A stretch of DNA of 64,000 nucleotides from an uncultured Planctomycetales bacterium. GTDB taxonomy: Bacteria; Omnitrophota; Gorgyraeia; Gygaellales; Profunditerraquicolaceae. The stretch is taken from assembly GCA_964399915.1 (NCBI GenBank), contig CAYNRN010000003.1:2064-66063 (forward strand), written 5' to 3'. A program made the translations under genes and the position numbers. Shown piece by piece: positions 18,331 to 27,813 of the stretch (position 1 is the first letter of the stretch; every line of letters begins with the position of its first letter). The notes under the pieces were generated by a model. It had not been told where the DNA came from. It ran no database searches and was given only the letters and a program-made list of their open reading frames with translations.

Positions 18331-18894
18331 ATGGAGGCAATATTAAGGAAAGAGGTCATTTCAGGCAGGATTGCCGTACGCTTAACCGGGTTGTCGGTAT
18401 TCATTGTATTGACTACCTTGGGTGCTTTTGTGCGCATACCTCTGCCTTTTAGCCCGGTTCCGGTTACCCTGCAGACATTCTTTGTCCTCCTGGCAGGGGC
18501 AAGTCTCGGCAGCGGGCTGGGAGCGCTTTCTCAGGCAGGATACATGTTATTAGGCGCTGCCGGAGTAACGGTTTTTACCGGAGCAGGCAGCGGCCTGCTT
18601 TATCTTAGCGGCCCTACCGGCGGGTATCTGGCAGGATTCATTGCCGCAAGTTTTTTCATCGGCTGTTTCATCGGGCGCGCAAAGAATTTAATTTCTGTCT
18701 TTGCATTATTCTGCCTGGCTTCGGCGACTATATTGGCCTGCGGCGTGCTTTGGTTGAAAGTGGTCCTGGGGTATTCGTTTCTTAAGCTGATGCTGATTGG
18801 ATTCCTGCCTTTTGTTCCCGGCGATATGCTTAAGGCGCTGTTTGCCGCTGCGATTTACATGAAACTGCGTACTCGCCTTAAGGAAATTTTTTAA
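18331..18894 (+). CDS. bioY: Biotin transporter BioY
   Basis: BioY signature PVPVTLQTFFVLLAGASLG. 187 aa, 5-6 TM helices. Confidence 0.85.
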   Translation: MEAILRKEVISGRIAVRLTGLSVFIVLTTLGAFVRIPLPFSPVPVTLQTFFVLLAGASLGSGLGALSQAGYMLLGAAGVTVFTGAGSGLLYLSGPTGGYLAGFIAASFFIGCFIGRAKNLISVFALFCLASATILACGVLWLKVVLGYSFLKLMLIGFLPFVPGDMLKALFAAAIYMKLRTRLKEIF

Positions 18895-18917
18895 ACTCCG
18901 CTTAAAAGGAGAGCTCT

Positions 18918-19367
18918 ATGAAGATAAAAGAGATTATGCGCAGGGATGTGGTCAGCGTTAAGCCCGATGATATTGCTTCAGGCGCTCTGGAGATGTTATT
19001 CAAGATGAGGATCAGCGGGTTGCCGGTCATAGACTCAGAGGGAAAACTTGTAGGGATGTTTACTGAGAAGGGGGTTTTGAGGTTTATCCTGCCCAGCTAT
19101 GTTGAAAAGGTCGGCAGGTTCATCTACGAAGAAAACCCAAAATCTACGAAGAAGAAATTCCACGACTTAAATAACGCTAAGGTTTCGCAGCTGATGCGTA
19201 AGGAGGTGGTGACTGCTTCCCAAGAGATTACCCTTTGTGAAGCAGCCAGAATTATGCTTACCCAGCATGCCCGGCGCCTGCCGGTAGTGGATGCTTCCTT
19301 AAAGGTAGTGGGCATCGTTGCCAGAGAGGATATACTTAAGGCACTGGCTAAGGAGGCGCAGGTTTAA
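18918..19367 (+). CDS. CBS domain pair protein
   Basis: Two CBS motifs (RDVVSVKPDD...GLPVIDSEGKLVGMFTEKGV; RKEVVTASQEITL...RLPVVDASLKVVGIVARED). Confidence 0.7.
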   Translation: MKIKEIMRRDVVSVKPDDIASGALEMLFKMRISGLPVIDSEGKLVGMFTEKGVLRFILPSYVEKVGRFIYEENPKSTKKKFHDLNNAKVSQLMRKEVVTASQEITLCEAARIMLTQHARRLPVVDASLKVVGIVAREDILKALAKEAQV

Positions 19368-20749
19368 TGTTAAAGAAGTTATCCGCCCTCATCTTTATTA
19401 CGGTTCTCGTAAATTTATTCAGCAGAGGCGTAGGCTTTAGCCCGACTCAGGCCTTAGCCCTTTCTATTTTTTCGGCTTCCATCTTAGGCACGCTTTTCTT
19501 CTGGGATTTCCGGCTTACCTTTGTATTTCTCGGTACCTCTATCCTGCTGATAACCCGGACCATTGATTTAGAGCATGTGATAAAGTTTTCATCGCTGGAA
19601 GTTATCCTCTTCCTAGTCGGGATGATGGTGCTGGTAGGCCAGCTTAAAAACGCCGGCGTCTTTGCCTGGATAGTCAGCCTAATCCTGCGCATCAAGAATC
19701 TCACCGCGAACAAATTCCTTCTGTTCATCTGTATAATATCGGCGCTTCTAGCCTGCGCCGTAGATGAAGTCACTTCTATAATTTTCATCGTCGCCGCGAT
19801 ATTTGAAATCTGCGATTACTTTGAAGTTGATCCCACGCCTTTTCTGATTATGTCCGTCCTCTCCACGAATATCGGTTCAAGCGGCACAGTGATGGGGAAC
19901 CCCATCGGTATATTAATCGCCTCAAAATCCGGACTGACTTTTGAAGATTTTATCTTAAAGGCCTTTCCGGTGATGCTGGTCTGCCTGATAACCGTAATAG
20001 TAATTTTCAGATTCTGGTACCGCAGGCAATTGGCTGAGTTCAATAAGAGAATAGGGGAGCTCGGGGATAATGAAATGCTGGTTAAGCTCATCTCCGTGCC
20101 TCCGGAGAAAGAGTTGAAAGTCAGCCTGCTTATCTTTGCAATAACTCTTGTCTTTATATCCTTACACCACCGCCTGGAACTGCTCCTGAACCTGGAAGGC
20201 AATACTATCCTTTTAACTATACCGCTTATCTCAAGCGGCCTGGTGATGGCATGGAAGTGGAAGAAGGCCAGAGAATTTATCGAGAAAGATGTAGAGTGGT
20301 GGACTTTATTATTCTTTATGCTCCTCTTTGCCCAGGCAGGGACGCTTAAATATACCGGAGCAACCGATGTAATAGCCAGAAGCCTTGCCAACCTTGCCAA
20401 TAATAGCTACGCTGCCTTAACCGGCATAGTGCTCTGGGTTTCTACAATAGGCTCAAGTGTCCTGGACAATGTGGTGTTGGTAGCAGCTTTTATTCCGGTA
20501 ATCCAGAGTTTTACGGGATTAAGCGTGAACCTTAAGCCGCTCTGGTGGGCATTGCTTTTCGGAGGATGTTTAGGCGGGAATATTACGATTGTCGGCTCAA
20601 CTGCCAACATCGTTGCTCTGGGGATTTTAGAGAAGGAAAAGCGGATCCATGTAAATTTCTTCAGCTGGCTGGGGATAGGGCTTATAGTCGGGATAATTAC
20701 TACCTCAATAGTCTGGCTGGCACTGGTACTGCTGCCTTTTTATAATTGA
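19367..20749 (+). CDS. ArsB/NhaD-superfamily (CitMHS/SLC13-like) anion permease
   Basis: 460-aa polytopic membrane protein with a duplicated hairpin-containing topology and Gly-rich re-entrant motifs (NIGSSGTVMGNP, GGNITIVGSTAN). Confidence 0.55.
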   Translation: MLKKLSALIFITVLVNLFSRGVGFSPTQALALSIFSASILGTLFFWDFRLTFVFLGTSILLITRTIDLEHVIKFSSLEVILFLVGMMVLVGQLKNAGVFAWIVSLILRIKNLTANKFLLFICIISALLACAVDEVTSIIFIVAAIFEICDYFEVDPTPFLIMSVLSTNIGSSGTVMGNPIGILIASKSGLTFEDFILKAFPVMLVCLITVIVIFRFWYRRQLAEFNKRIGELGDNEMLVKLISVPPEKELKVSLLIFAITLVFISLHHRLELLLNLEGNTILLTIPLISSGLVMAWKWKKAREFIEKDVEWWTLLFFMLLFAQAGTLKYTGATDVIARSLANLANNSYAALTGIVLWVSTIGSSVLDNVVLVAAFIPVIQSFTGLSVNLKPLWWALLFGGCLGGNITIVGSTANIVALGILEKEKRIHVNFFSWLGIGLIVGIITTSIVWLALVLLPFYN

Positions 20750-20764
20750 CAAACTTTAGATTCT

Positions 20765-21325
20765 GTGGCAAAATGCTTCCCAATAGACAGGAGGTGTCCG
20801 ATGGGGCACGCTAAAAGAATATTTTTGGCGCTGGGTATCACAGCGCTGGTTTTATTAGTTTCGCAGTCCGCTTTTTGCCAGGAGGCAGGCCCCGCGCAGC
20901 AGGCGGTTGGCCAGGACCAGACGCAGTGGGTCTGGGGGGAAGTGAGCGCCGTAGACACTGATAAAGGCGAACTCTCCGTAACTTACCTTGATTATGACAC
21001 TGATCAGGAGAAAAAAATAACTATCTCAACAGACGAGAAGACCGTTTATGAGAATATCAAAGCTTTGTCTGAGATAGAACAGCAGAACGCGGTAAGTATA
21101 GACTATGTGGTTTCCGGGGAAAAGAATATTGCCAAGAATATCAGTGTGGACAAAACCGACGAGATAGAGCCTCCGGAGACAGTTGCTTCTGAAGAGTTGC
21201 CGCAGGATGCGCCGGAAACAGTCTCTTCTGAAGAGTTGCCGCAGGATGCGCCGGCTGAGATTGCCAAAGAGGAAGTAGAAGGGGCAGCGGCAGGGCCGGC
21301 AGTAGAAGGGCAGAAAAAAGAATAA
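20765..21325 (+). CDS. Secreted acidic protein with a tandem ETV(A/S)SEELPQDAP repeat; unknown function
   Basis: Signal peptide (start more likely at the internal M of MGHAKRIFLALGITALVLLVSQSAFC). C-terminal 15-aa repeat x2. Very acidic tail. Confidence 0.45.
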   Translation: MAKCFPIDRRCPMGHAKRIFLALGITALVLLVSQSAFCQEAGPAQQAVGQDQTQWVWGEVSAVDTDKGELSVTYLDYDTDQEKKITISTDEKTVYENIKALSEIEQQNAVSIDYVVSGEKNIAKNISVDKTDEIEPPETVASEELPQDAPETVSSEELPQDAPAEIAKEEVEGAAAGPAVEGQKKE

Positions 21326-21354
21326 TCTGCGTTAGATTTAGCCAGCGGTTTTTA

Positions 21355-21387
21355 CGGCAGGGGCAAAACCCCTGCCGTTCTTTTTCC
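21355..21387 (+). terminator. Rho-independent terminator (CGGCAGGGG-caaaa-CCCCTGCCG followed by TTCTTTTTCC)
   Basis: Perfect 9-bp GC-rich stem with a 5-nt loop and a U-tract after the 20765 gene. A TTGAAG-17-TATAAT promoter follows. Confidence 0.8.
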
Positions 21388-21438
21388 GGAGGTTTGGCTT
21401 GAAGCGGCTAAGCTTTATTGTTATAATATCCCCATAAG

Positions 21439-22104
21439 ATGAAAAGATATTATTTAAATCTGGTTTTATTTTTCTACCTTGCGCTATCGGCAGGGTGCGC
21501 TTCTTCGGCCCACCCTAAGATTGAGCCGGCAGATAACTTGAACTCAGGTGTGCTTGCGGCTTATTCGGGAGCGAAAGCCCAGATACTTGTACCTGACTTT
21601 GGGATTGAATCAACCAAAGCCAATAACCAGGTCGGCGCAGGCTTACGCCAGATGCTCATCGAAGCGCTGAATACTGCCAACCGTTTTTCTGTCTCTCAGA
21701 AGCAGGATTCAGGCCCTCAGGCCGCAGACTTAATTATCAGCGCTACGGTTAGGGAGTTTGAGCCGCAGTCCTCAGGCGGCCGCGGCGGGTTAGGCGGAGG
21801 AGGAAGCGCAGCTAGCGGGATGCTGGGCGGGCTTCTGGGAGGAATTTTGAATAAGGCGCACATTGCTTTGGAGATACGCATTATTGACGCATCAACTTCT
21901 AAGGTGATTGCTTCAAGCAAAGTGCAGGGCCAGGCATCCGATACCAACGGCGGATTAATGACCGGTTCGCTTGGCGGCTGGGCCTTAGGAGCGCAGTTAT
22001 CGGTTTATTCCAATACGCCTATGGAAAAAGCGATTCGCATTTGCATTATAGAAGCCGCGCGTTTTATATCTCAGGCAGTACCGGCCGAATATTACAAATA
22101 TTAG
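21439..22104 (+). CDS. CsgG-family lipoprotein (curli-secretion-channel-like fold) with a Gly-rich insertion
   Basis: Lipobox LSAGC. Segments AQILVPDFGIESTK..., GAGLRQMLIEALNTANRFSV..., ADLIISATVREFEPQSSGGRGG... and ALEIRIIDASTSKVIAS align in pattern with CsgG (KIFVSVYNIQDET.../ATAMLVTALKDSRWF.../ANIMVEGSIIGYESNVKSGG...). Confidence 0.55.
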   Translation: MKRYYLNLVLFFYLALSAGCASSAHPKIEPADNLNSGVLAAYSGAKAQILVPDFGIESTKANNQVGAGLRQMLIEALNTANRFSVSQKQDSGPQAADLIISATVREFEPQSSGGRGGLGGGGSAASGMLGGLLGGILNKAHIALEIRIIDASTSKVIASSKVQGQASDTNGGLMTGSLGGWALGAQLSVYSNTPMEKAIRICIIEAARFISQAVPAEYYKY

Positions 22105-22222
22105 CCAGAGAATAGTTAGAAAGCAGGAGGGGGCATGGGAAAAAGAAAACGTAGAGGGAAATTGAATTGGCGTTCTAAGAAGGCGAATAAAGGCAGGAAA
22201 CCCTGTCTGGGGTAGCAAGGGG

Positions 22223-22978
22223 TTGCCTGGGGAGACTATGACGCTTGTCTGGATTATCATAAGCACATTTACGGTCAGCCTGATTTCTTTTGTCGGAGTA
22301 TTTGCCCTTGCCCTCAAGGATAAATTACTGCATAAAATCCTTTTTGGCCTGATCGGATTCTCTGCCGGGGCATTAATCGGAGGCGCTTTTCTGCATATCC
22401 TGCCTGAGAGCCTTGAGAAGATGCCCAGCATGCGGGTTTTTTCCTATCTGATCATCGGGATCACCCTATTTTTCATGATGGAACGGTACCTGCATTGGCG
22501 CCATTGCCATGAGGGAAAGTGCGATGTGCATCCGGTGACATACCTGAATCTTTTCGGCGACGGGTTCCATAATTTTATTGACGGCATGATCATCGCGGTC
22601 AGCTTTATAACTTCGCTGAAACTGGGCATAGTTACAACTATGGCGGTAATATTACATGAGATACCGCAGGAGTTGGGGGATTTTGGGGTATTAGTCTATG
22701 GCGGATTCACCAAGAAAAAAGCCCTTATCTGCAACTTCCTCTCGGCGCTTACGGCGATAATCGGCGCAATAATCGCTTATCTGATATCGGATGCCGTCAG
22801 TGGTTTTTCTAATTTTATCCTTCCTCTTACCGCAGGCGGATTTATCTATATCGCCACCTCCGATCTTATCCCCGAAATACACAAAGAGAGGGACCTCAGG
22901 CGCTCGACGCTGGCATTTGTCTCATTTTTGCTCGGTATAGCTTTTATGGCCGCGGCGCGCTTCTTTTTTGAGGTATAA
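22223..22978 (+). CDS. zupT: ZIP family metal (Zn/Fe) transporter ZupT-like
   Basis: ZIP motif HEIPQELGDFGVLV and His-rich loop HWRHCHEGKCDVH. 251 aa. Confidence 0.75.
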   Translation: MPGETMTLVWIIISTFTVSLISFVGVFALALKDKLLHKILFGLIGFSAGALIGGAFLHILPESLEKMPSMRVFSYLIIGITLFFMMERYLHWRHCHEGKCDVHPVTYLNLFGDGFHNFIDGMIIAVSFITSLKLGIVTTMAVILHEIPQELGDFGVLVYGGFTKKKALICNFLSALTAIIGAIIAYLISDAVSGFSNFILPLTAGGFIYIATSDLIPEIHKERDLRRSTLAFVSFLLGIAFMAAARFFFEV

Positions 22979-22980
22979 GA

Positions 22981-23217
22981 ATGAAAAAAATTCCTCTTAC
23001 TCAGGTGAAAACAAACCAAAAGGTGAAAGTGGCGGAAATTACCGGCGGCGGGCAGCTGCGCGATAAGCTGATGAGCCTAGGCATCTACACGGGGATAGAA
23101 ATCACAAAGCTTAGCCATTTTATGATGAAAGGCCCCGTGACTATAAAATCCGGCAGGAGCGTATTGGCCTTAGGCCATGGAATGGCGGCTAAGATTTTTG
23201 TTGAGAGCCATGATTAA
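22981..23217 (+). CDS. feoA: Ferrous iron transport protein A
   Basis: 78-aa SH3-like FeoA (KVKVAEITGGGQLRDKLMSLGIYTGIEI). Stop overlaps the feoB start. Confidence 0.7.
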   Translation: MKKIPLTQVKTNQKVKVAEITGGGQLRDKLMSLGIYTGIEITKLSHFMMKGPVTIKSGRSVLALGHGMAAKIFVESHD

Positions 23218-24940
23218 GAAGATATTTTTGATCGGGAATCCCAATGTGGGCAAGAGTGTGGTATTCTCCCGGCTTACCGGGGTAAGGGTAATGTCCTCTA
23301 ATTATCCCGGCACAACCGTAGAGATCACTAAGGGGTTTCTTGTTCACGGCCGGGAGAGGATAGAAGTCGTTGACCTGCCGGGGGCCTATTCTTTGAACCC
23401 GGCTTCGCAGGCAGAGGAGGTAGCGGTATCCTTACTTAAAGATTTTCCTAAAGAAGATTCCGTAGTAATAAATATCTTAGATTCCACAAACCTGGAAAGA
23501 AACCTCTATTTGACCCTGCAATTGATCGAAGAAGGTTACCGCGTCATCGTCTGCCTGAATATGTGCGATGAAACCGGGCACCGCGGCATAGAATTAGATA
23601 TAAAAAAATTAGAATCACTTTTGGGTGTGCCGGTTGTATCTGCCTGCGCGGTTACCGGCGTAGGGATTAAGTTTTTAATCGAAAGGATAGGGGAGGCCCG
23701 GGCAAAGCCCGCAAAGGCTACAGGCCACCTTGAGCGTTGGAGAGAGATAGGCCTGATTATAGAGCAGGTACAGCGTTTATCGCACCGGCATCATACCTTC
23801 AGGGAGATCTTAGAGGATGTTTCAGTCAGGCCTTTCACCGGGTTCCTTATCGGGGGTTTGGTGATATATCTTTCTTTTAAAATCGTGCGTTTTATCGGGG
23901 AATTTTTAATCAACAGCATCTCTGACCCTGTCTTTTATAATATTTATGAACCCCTATTGATGAGGTTAAGCCGGGTTTTCGGGCCGGAAAGTTTCCTGCA
24001 TCATCTTCTTATCGGAGATTTAATTAACGGGAAAATAGATTTCCAGCAGTCTATGGGAGTGCTTACTACTGCTCCTTACATAGAGTTTGCGATGGTCCTT
24101 CCTTATGTGCTGGCTTTTTATGTCATCCTTAGTGTTTTGGAAGACGTCGGTTACCTCCCGCGCCTGGCGATTCTGCTGGATAATCTGATGCATAAGTTAG
24201 GATTGCATGGCTACGCGATAATCCCGGTATTGCTTGGATTCGGCTGTAATATCCCCGGCATACTCTCTACAAGGATACTGGAATCAAGGCGGGAGAGGTT
24301 TATTACCTCAACGCTAATTTCTATAGGCGTACCCTGTGTCGCGCTGCAGGCGATGATTTTTGCGCTTCTCGGCCGCTTCTCCGGTTTTTACGTCGGAGGC
24401 GTATACTTGGTACTCTTCTCGGTATGGTTAATCTTAGGGGTGATTCTGAATAAAACCCTTAAGGGCTATAGCCCCGAGCTTCTGATTGAGATACCGCCTT
24501 ACAGGCTGCCGCCGGTTGGGGTGCTTTTCAGGAAAATATTCTACCGTGTATGCGGGTTCATCTTTGAGGCCGTGCCGATTGTATTATTAGGTGTTTTGGC
24601 GGTGAACCTGCTTTTATATTTTCATCTTTTTGATTTCATCTCCGCGATATCCGCCCCGGTGATTCATGGATTGTTCGGCTTGCCTAAAGAAACCGTGATT
24701 GCCCTGGCAATCGGATTTATCAGGAAAGATGTGGCTGCCGGAATGCTTATTCCGCTTGGGTTAAGCGCAAGGCAGATGTTCATCGCCGCTACGCTCCTGG
24801 CTGCGTCTTTTCCATGCGTAGCGACGTTCGTAATCCTGCTTAAAGAACTAGGCATCAGGGATTTTATCAAATCACTCTTAATCATGATTGCCACCGGATT
24901 CATTTTAGGGGCAGTACTCAACTTTTCCCTGTTAAGATAG
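23210..24940 (+). CDS. feoB: Ferrous iron transport protein B
   Basis: G-protein domain IFLIGNPNVGKSVVFSRLTG...DLPGAYSL followed by a polytopic Gate/nucleoside-recognition membrane domain. Start taken at ATG 23210 (MIKKIFLIGNPN...) rather than the ORF-track 23177. Confidence 0.85.
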   Translation: MIKKIFLIGNPNVGKSVVFSRLTGVRVMSSNYPGTTVEITKGFLVHGRERIEVVDLPGAYSLNPASQAEEVAVSLLKDFPKEDSVVINILDSTNLERNLYLTLQLIEEGYRVIVCLNMCDETGHRGIELDIKKLESLLGVPVVSACAVTGVGIKFLIERIGEARAKPAKATGHLERWREIGLIIEQVQRLSHRHHTFREILEDVSVRPFTGFLIGGLVIYLSFKIVRFIGEFLINSISDPVFYNIYEPLLMRLSRVFGPESFLHHLLIGDLINGKIDFQQSMGVLTTAPYIEFAMVLPYVLAFYVILSVLEDVGYLPRLAILLDNLMHKLGLHGYAIIPVLLGFGCNIPGILSTRILESRRERFITSTLISIGVPCVALQAMIFALLGRFSGFYVGGVYLVLFSVWLILGVILNKTLKGYSPELLIEIPPYRLPPVGVLFRKIFYRVCGFIFEAVPIVLLGVLAVNLLLYFHLFDFISAISAPVIHGLFGLPKETVIALAIGFIRKDVAAGMLIPLGLSARQMFIAATLLAASFPCVATFVILLKELGIRDFIKSLLIMIATGFILGAVLNFSLLR

Positions 24941-24988
24941 TTTTTCCTTCCTACGGCAATACTGGTTAAAAATAGATAAGGACCTCTG

Positions 24989-25957
24989 ATGAAAGCTGTA
25001 GCTTTGATTTCAGGCGGGCTGGATAGTCTATTGGCCGCAAAGCTTATACAAGGGCAGGGGGTAGAAGTATTAGCCCTGCATTTTCAGATGCCCTTTTGTG
25101 CAAGCAATGTTAAGGAAGCCGTAGCTGCCCTGGGGCTGTCCTTGAAGGAGGGAAGTATTGACGAGGAATTCATCGGCCTTATTCTTAAGCCTAAGCACGG
25201 CAGAGGTTCGCATATGAACCCTTGTATTGACTGCAAAATCCTGATGTTGCGCCGGGCAAAGGAGATGATGGCTTCTCTGGGGGCAGATTTTATTATCACC
25301 GGAGAGGTCCTGGGGCAACGTCCGATGTCGCAGCACAGGCAGAGCCTTGAGGTTATTGAGAGAGAATCAGGCCTGGAAGGCTTATTGCTACGGCCTTTAT
25401 CCGCGCGGCTGCTTGCGGAAACTCTCCCCGAAAAAAAAGGGTGGGTGAAGAGGGAGGAATTGCTCGCTTTTAACGGCAGGGCCCGTAAGCCACAGATTGA
25501 CCTTGCCGATAAATTAGGGATTCGTAATTACCGGCAGCCGGCAGGAGGCTGCCTGCTTACCGACGCAGCTTTTTCAGGCAGGATAAAAGATCTGATAAAA
25601 TATAACGAGCTTACACTGGATAACATTGAGCTTCTTAAAATCGGCAGGCATTTCAGGTTAAGCCAAACAGCCAAGCTGGTAGTAGGGAGGAATGAAATTG
25701 AGAATGGCCGCCTGATCCGCCTGAAGCAGAAAGATGACCTGATATTCATGCCTGAGATATTGGCAGGGCCTACGGCTTTAGGCAGAGGGACTTTCGATAA
25801 TGATTTGATAGAATTATCCTGCTCTATAGTCAGCCGCTACTGCGATTTAAACGGGGAAGCGGCAGCGGATATAATCTGTGAGAACGTATCCTGCGGCCAA
25901 AAAGTTTATAGCATTGCTGCGGCCAGAGAAGAACAGCTTGCTGCTTTAAGGAGATGA
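24989..25957 (+). CDS. PP-loop superfamily ATPase, ThiI/MnmA-like sulfurtransferase family (exact orthology uncertain)
   Basis: PP-loop ALISGGLDSLLAA. ThiI-like TGEVLGQRPMSQ and a CIDCK cysteine pair. Adjacent to thiM/thiE. Confidence 0.45.
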   Translation: MKAVALISGGLDSLLAAKLIQGQGVEVLALHFQMPFCASNVKEAVAALGLSLKEGSIDEEFIGLILKPKHGRGSHMNPCIDCKILMLRRAKEMMASLGADFIITGEVLGQRPMSQHRQSLEVIERESGLEGLLLRPLSARLLAETLPEKKGWVKREELLAFNGRARKPQIDLADKLGIRNYRQPAGGCLLTDAAFSGRIKDLIKYNELTLDNIELLKIGRHFRLSQTAKLVVGRNEIENGRLIRLKQKDDLIFMPEILAGPTALGRGTFDNDLIELSCSIVSRYCDLNGEAAADIICENVSCGQKVYSIAAAREEQLAALRR

Positions 25958-26006
25958 ACCCCGTTAGAAATTTTCATAACGGGAAATCGGAGGCGTTTCT
26001 AACGGG

Positions 26007-27020
26007 ATGAAGGAAGCCCTTTTTTATGAGAAACTGGATAGTCAGAGGGTGCGTTGTTTTCTCTGCGCCCACCGCTGCCACATAGAGCCGGATAAATTCG
26101 GTTTCTGCGGGGTGAGGCAGAATGTCAACGGTAAACTCTTTACTTATGCTTACGGAAAAGTCATTGCCGCTAATATCGATCCGATTGAAAAGAAACCGCT
26201 CTACCATTTTCTCCCCGGCTCAAAGAGTTTTTCCATAGCTACTATCGGCTGTAACTTCCGCTGCGGATTCTGTCAGAACTGGGAGATATCGCAGGCGTCT
26301 TTCAGGGCGCTGGATGTTTCGGGCGGCGGCCAGCTTTCTCCGGTTGATATAGTAAAACAGGCAACCGAAAATAAATGTGCCAGCATCTCTTATACCTATA
26401 CCGAACCGACGATATTCTTTGAATACGCGTATGACACCGCAAAAATAGCTAAAGAGAAAGGCCTGTTCAACAATTTCGTGACTAACGGATTCATGACAAA
26501 AGAGGCGCTGGAGATGATCAGGCCTTATCTGGATGCGGCTAACGTCGACCTTAAGTTCTTTAAAGAGAGTTCTTATCAGGAGGTTTGTTCGGGTAGACTG
26601 CAGCCGGTGCTTGACACTATACGCCTGATGAAGCGATATGGCATCTGGATTGAAGTAACTACCCTGGTTGTGCCCGGCAGTAATGACTCGCCCGAAGAAC
26701 TAAGCGCGATTGCCCGGTTTATCGCCGAGGTAGATAAAGGTATCCCCTGGCATATCTCAAGGTTTTATCCGGATTATAATTTTTCCGATAGGCAGGCTAC
26801 CCCATTGGGTAAATTAAAAGAAGCCGAGTCGCTCGGCCGCAAAGCCGGGCTAAACTACGTATACATAGGCAATGTCATAGGCGAAGGCAATGATACATAT
26901 TGCCCCAATTGTAAAAAATTATTGATTAGAAGAGAAGGCTTTTCGCTTTTAGAGTATAATATATCAGGAAACAAATGCCCCTATTGTAAGGTAGCTATAC
27001 CCGGAAGGTTTCATGGTTAA
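26007..27020 (+). CDS. Radical SAM enzyme, AmmeMemoRadiSam-system type (PFL-activase-like)
   Basis: CNFRCGFCQNW radical SAM cluster motif characteristic of this subfamily. C-terminal CPNCKK...CPYCK zinc-ribbon-like pairs. Confidence 0.6.
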   Translation: MKEALFYEKLDSQRVRCFLCAHRCHIEPDKFGFCGVRQNVNGKLFTYAYGKVIAANIDPIEKKPLYHFLPGSKSFSIATIGCNFRCGFCQNWEISQASFRALDVSGGGQLSPVDIVKQATENKCASISYTYTEPTIFFEYAYDTAKIAKEKGLFNNFVTNGFMTKEALEMIRPYLDAANVDLKFFKESSYQEVCSGRLQPVLDTIRLMKRYGIWIEVTTLVVPGSNDSPEELSAIARFIAEVDKGIPWHISRFYPDYNFSDRQATPLGKLKEAESLGRKAGLNYVYIGNVIGEGNDTYCPNCKKLLIRREGFSLLEYNISGNKCPYCKVAIPGRFHG

Positions 27021-27813
27021 GGCAAAAATCAACTCCTATACGCTGCTGGAAAGGATACGCCGGCAAAAACCCGTAATCCATCATCTGACCAACTGGGTAA
27101 CTATCTATGATTGCGCCAACATCGTCAAGGCCCTGGGGGCTTCCCCGGTAATGGCGCATGCCCCTGAGGAAGCGGCGGAGATGTCTGCTATTGCCTCGGC
27201 ACTGGTATTGAATATCGGCACACTCACAACAGATTTTATAGAGTCAATGAAGATAGCAGCTAAAAGCGCTAACAAGCATGGCATCCCGGTTATTCTTGAC
27301 CTCTGCGGCTGCGGAGCCACGCAATTACGCAATCAGAAGAGCCTTGAGCTCTTGGATCAAGTCAAAATTAATATTATCAAAGGCAATTCCTCCGAAGCGG
27401 CGAGAGCAAGCGGGGCAGATGTCAGGACTAAAGGCGTGGACGCGCTTGAGGTGAAACATAATTTGCGGGAATTAGCCGCTGCCTTTGCCCGCAAAAGGGG
27501 CTCTACGGTAGTGATAACAGGCAAAGAGGATATTGTTACAGACGGCAGAAAGGAATATATCGTAAAAAACGGCTCAGCGATGATGACGCATGTTGTGGGG
27601 ACCGGCTGTATGGCAGCTTCCGTAATCGGTACCTTTGCGGCAGTAGAAAAAGATTTAGCGCTCGCCGCAGCCTCAGGCCTATCCTGTTACGGTATTGCCG
27701 CAGAACTCGCCGCAAAGTTATCCAATGGCCCGGGTACTTTTAAGGAGAAATTATTTGATTGCATATTTAACCTGGATAAATCCGCTGTTTCTAAGATGCA
27801 AAGGATAGCATGA
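27013..27813 (+). CDS. thiM: Hydroxyethylthiazole kinase
   Basis: ThiM family pattern HHLTNWVTIYDCANIVKALGASPVMA and C-terminal GTGCM. Confidence 0.75.
   Translation: MVKAKINSYTLLERIRRQKPVIHHLTNWVTIYDCANIVKALGASPVMAHAPEEAAEMSAIASALVLNIGTLTTDFIESMKIAAKSANKHGIPVILDLCGCGATQLRNQKSLELLDQVKINIIKGNSSEAARASGADVRTKGVDALEVKHNLRELAAAFARKRGSTVVITGKEDIVTDGRKEYIVKNGSAMMTHVVGTGCMAASVIGTFAAVEKDLALAAASGLSCYGIAAELAAKLSNGPGTFKEKLFDCIFNLDKSAVSKMQRIA

Noticed and set aside
26950-27020. TPP riboswitch upstream of thiM
   Set aside because: thiM overlaps the 3' end of the radical SAM gene, leaving no leader. No THI-box-like sequence is seen upstream of 24989 either.
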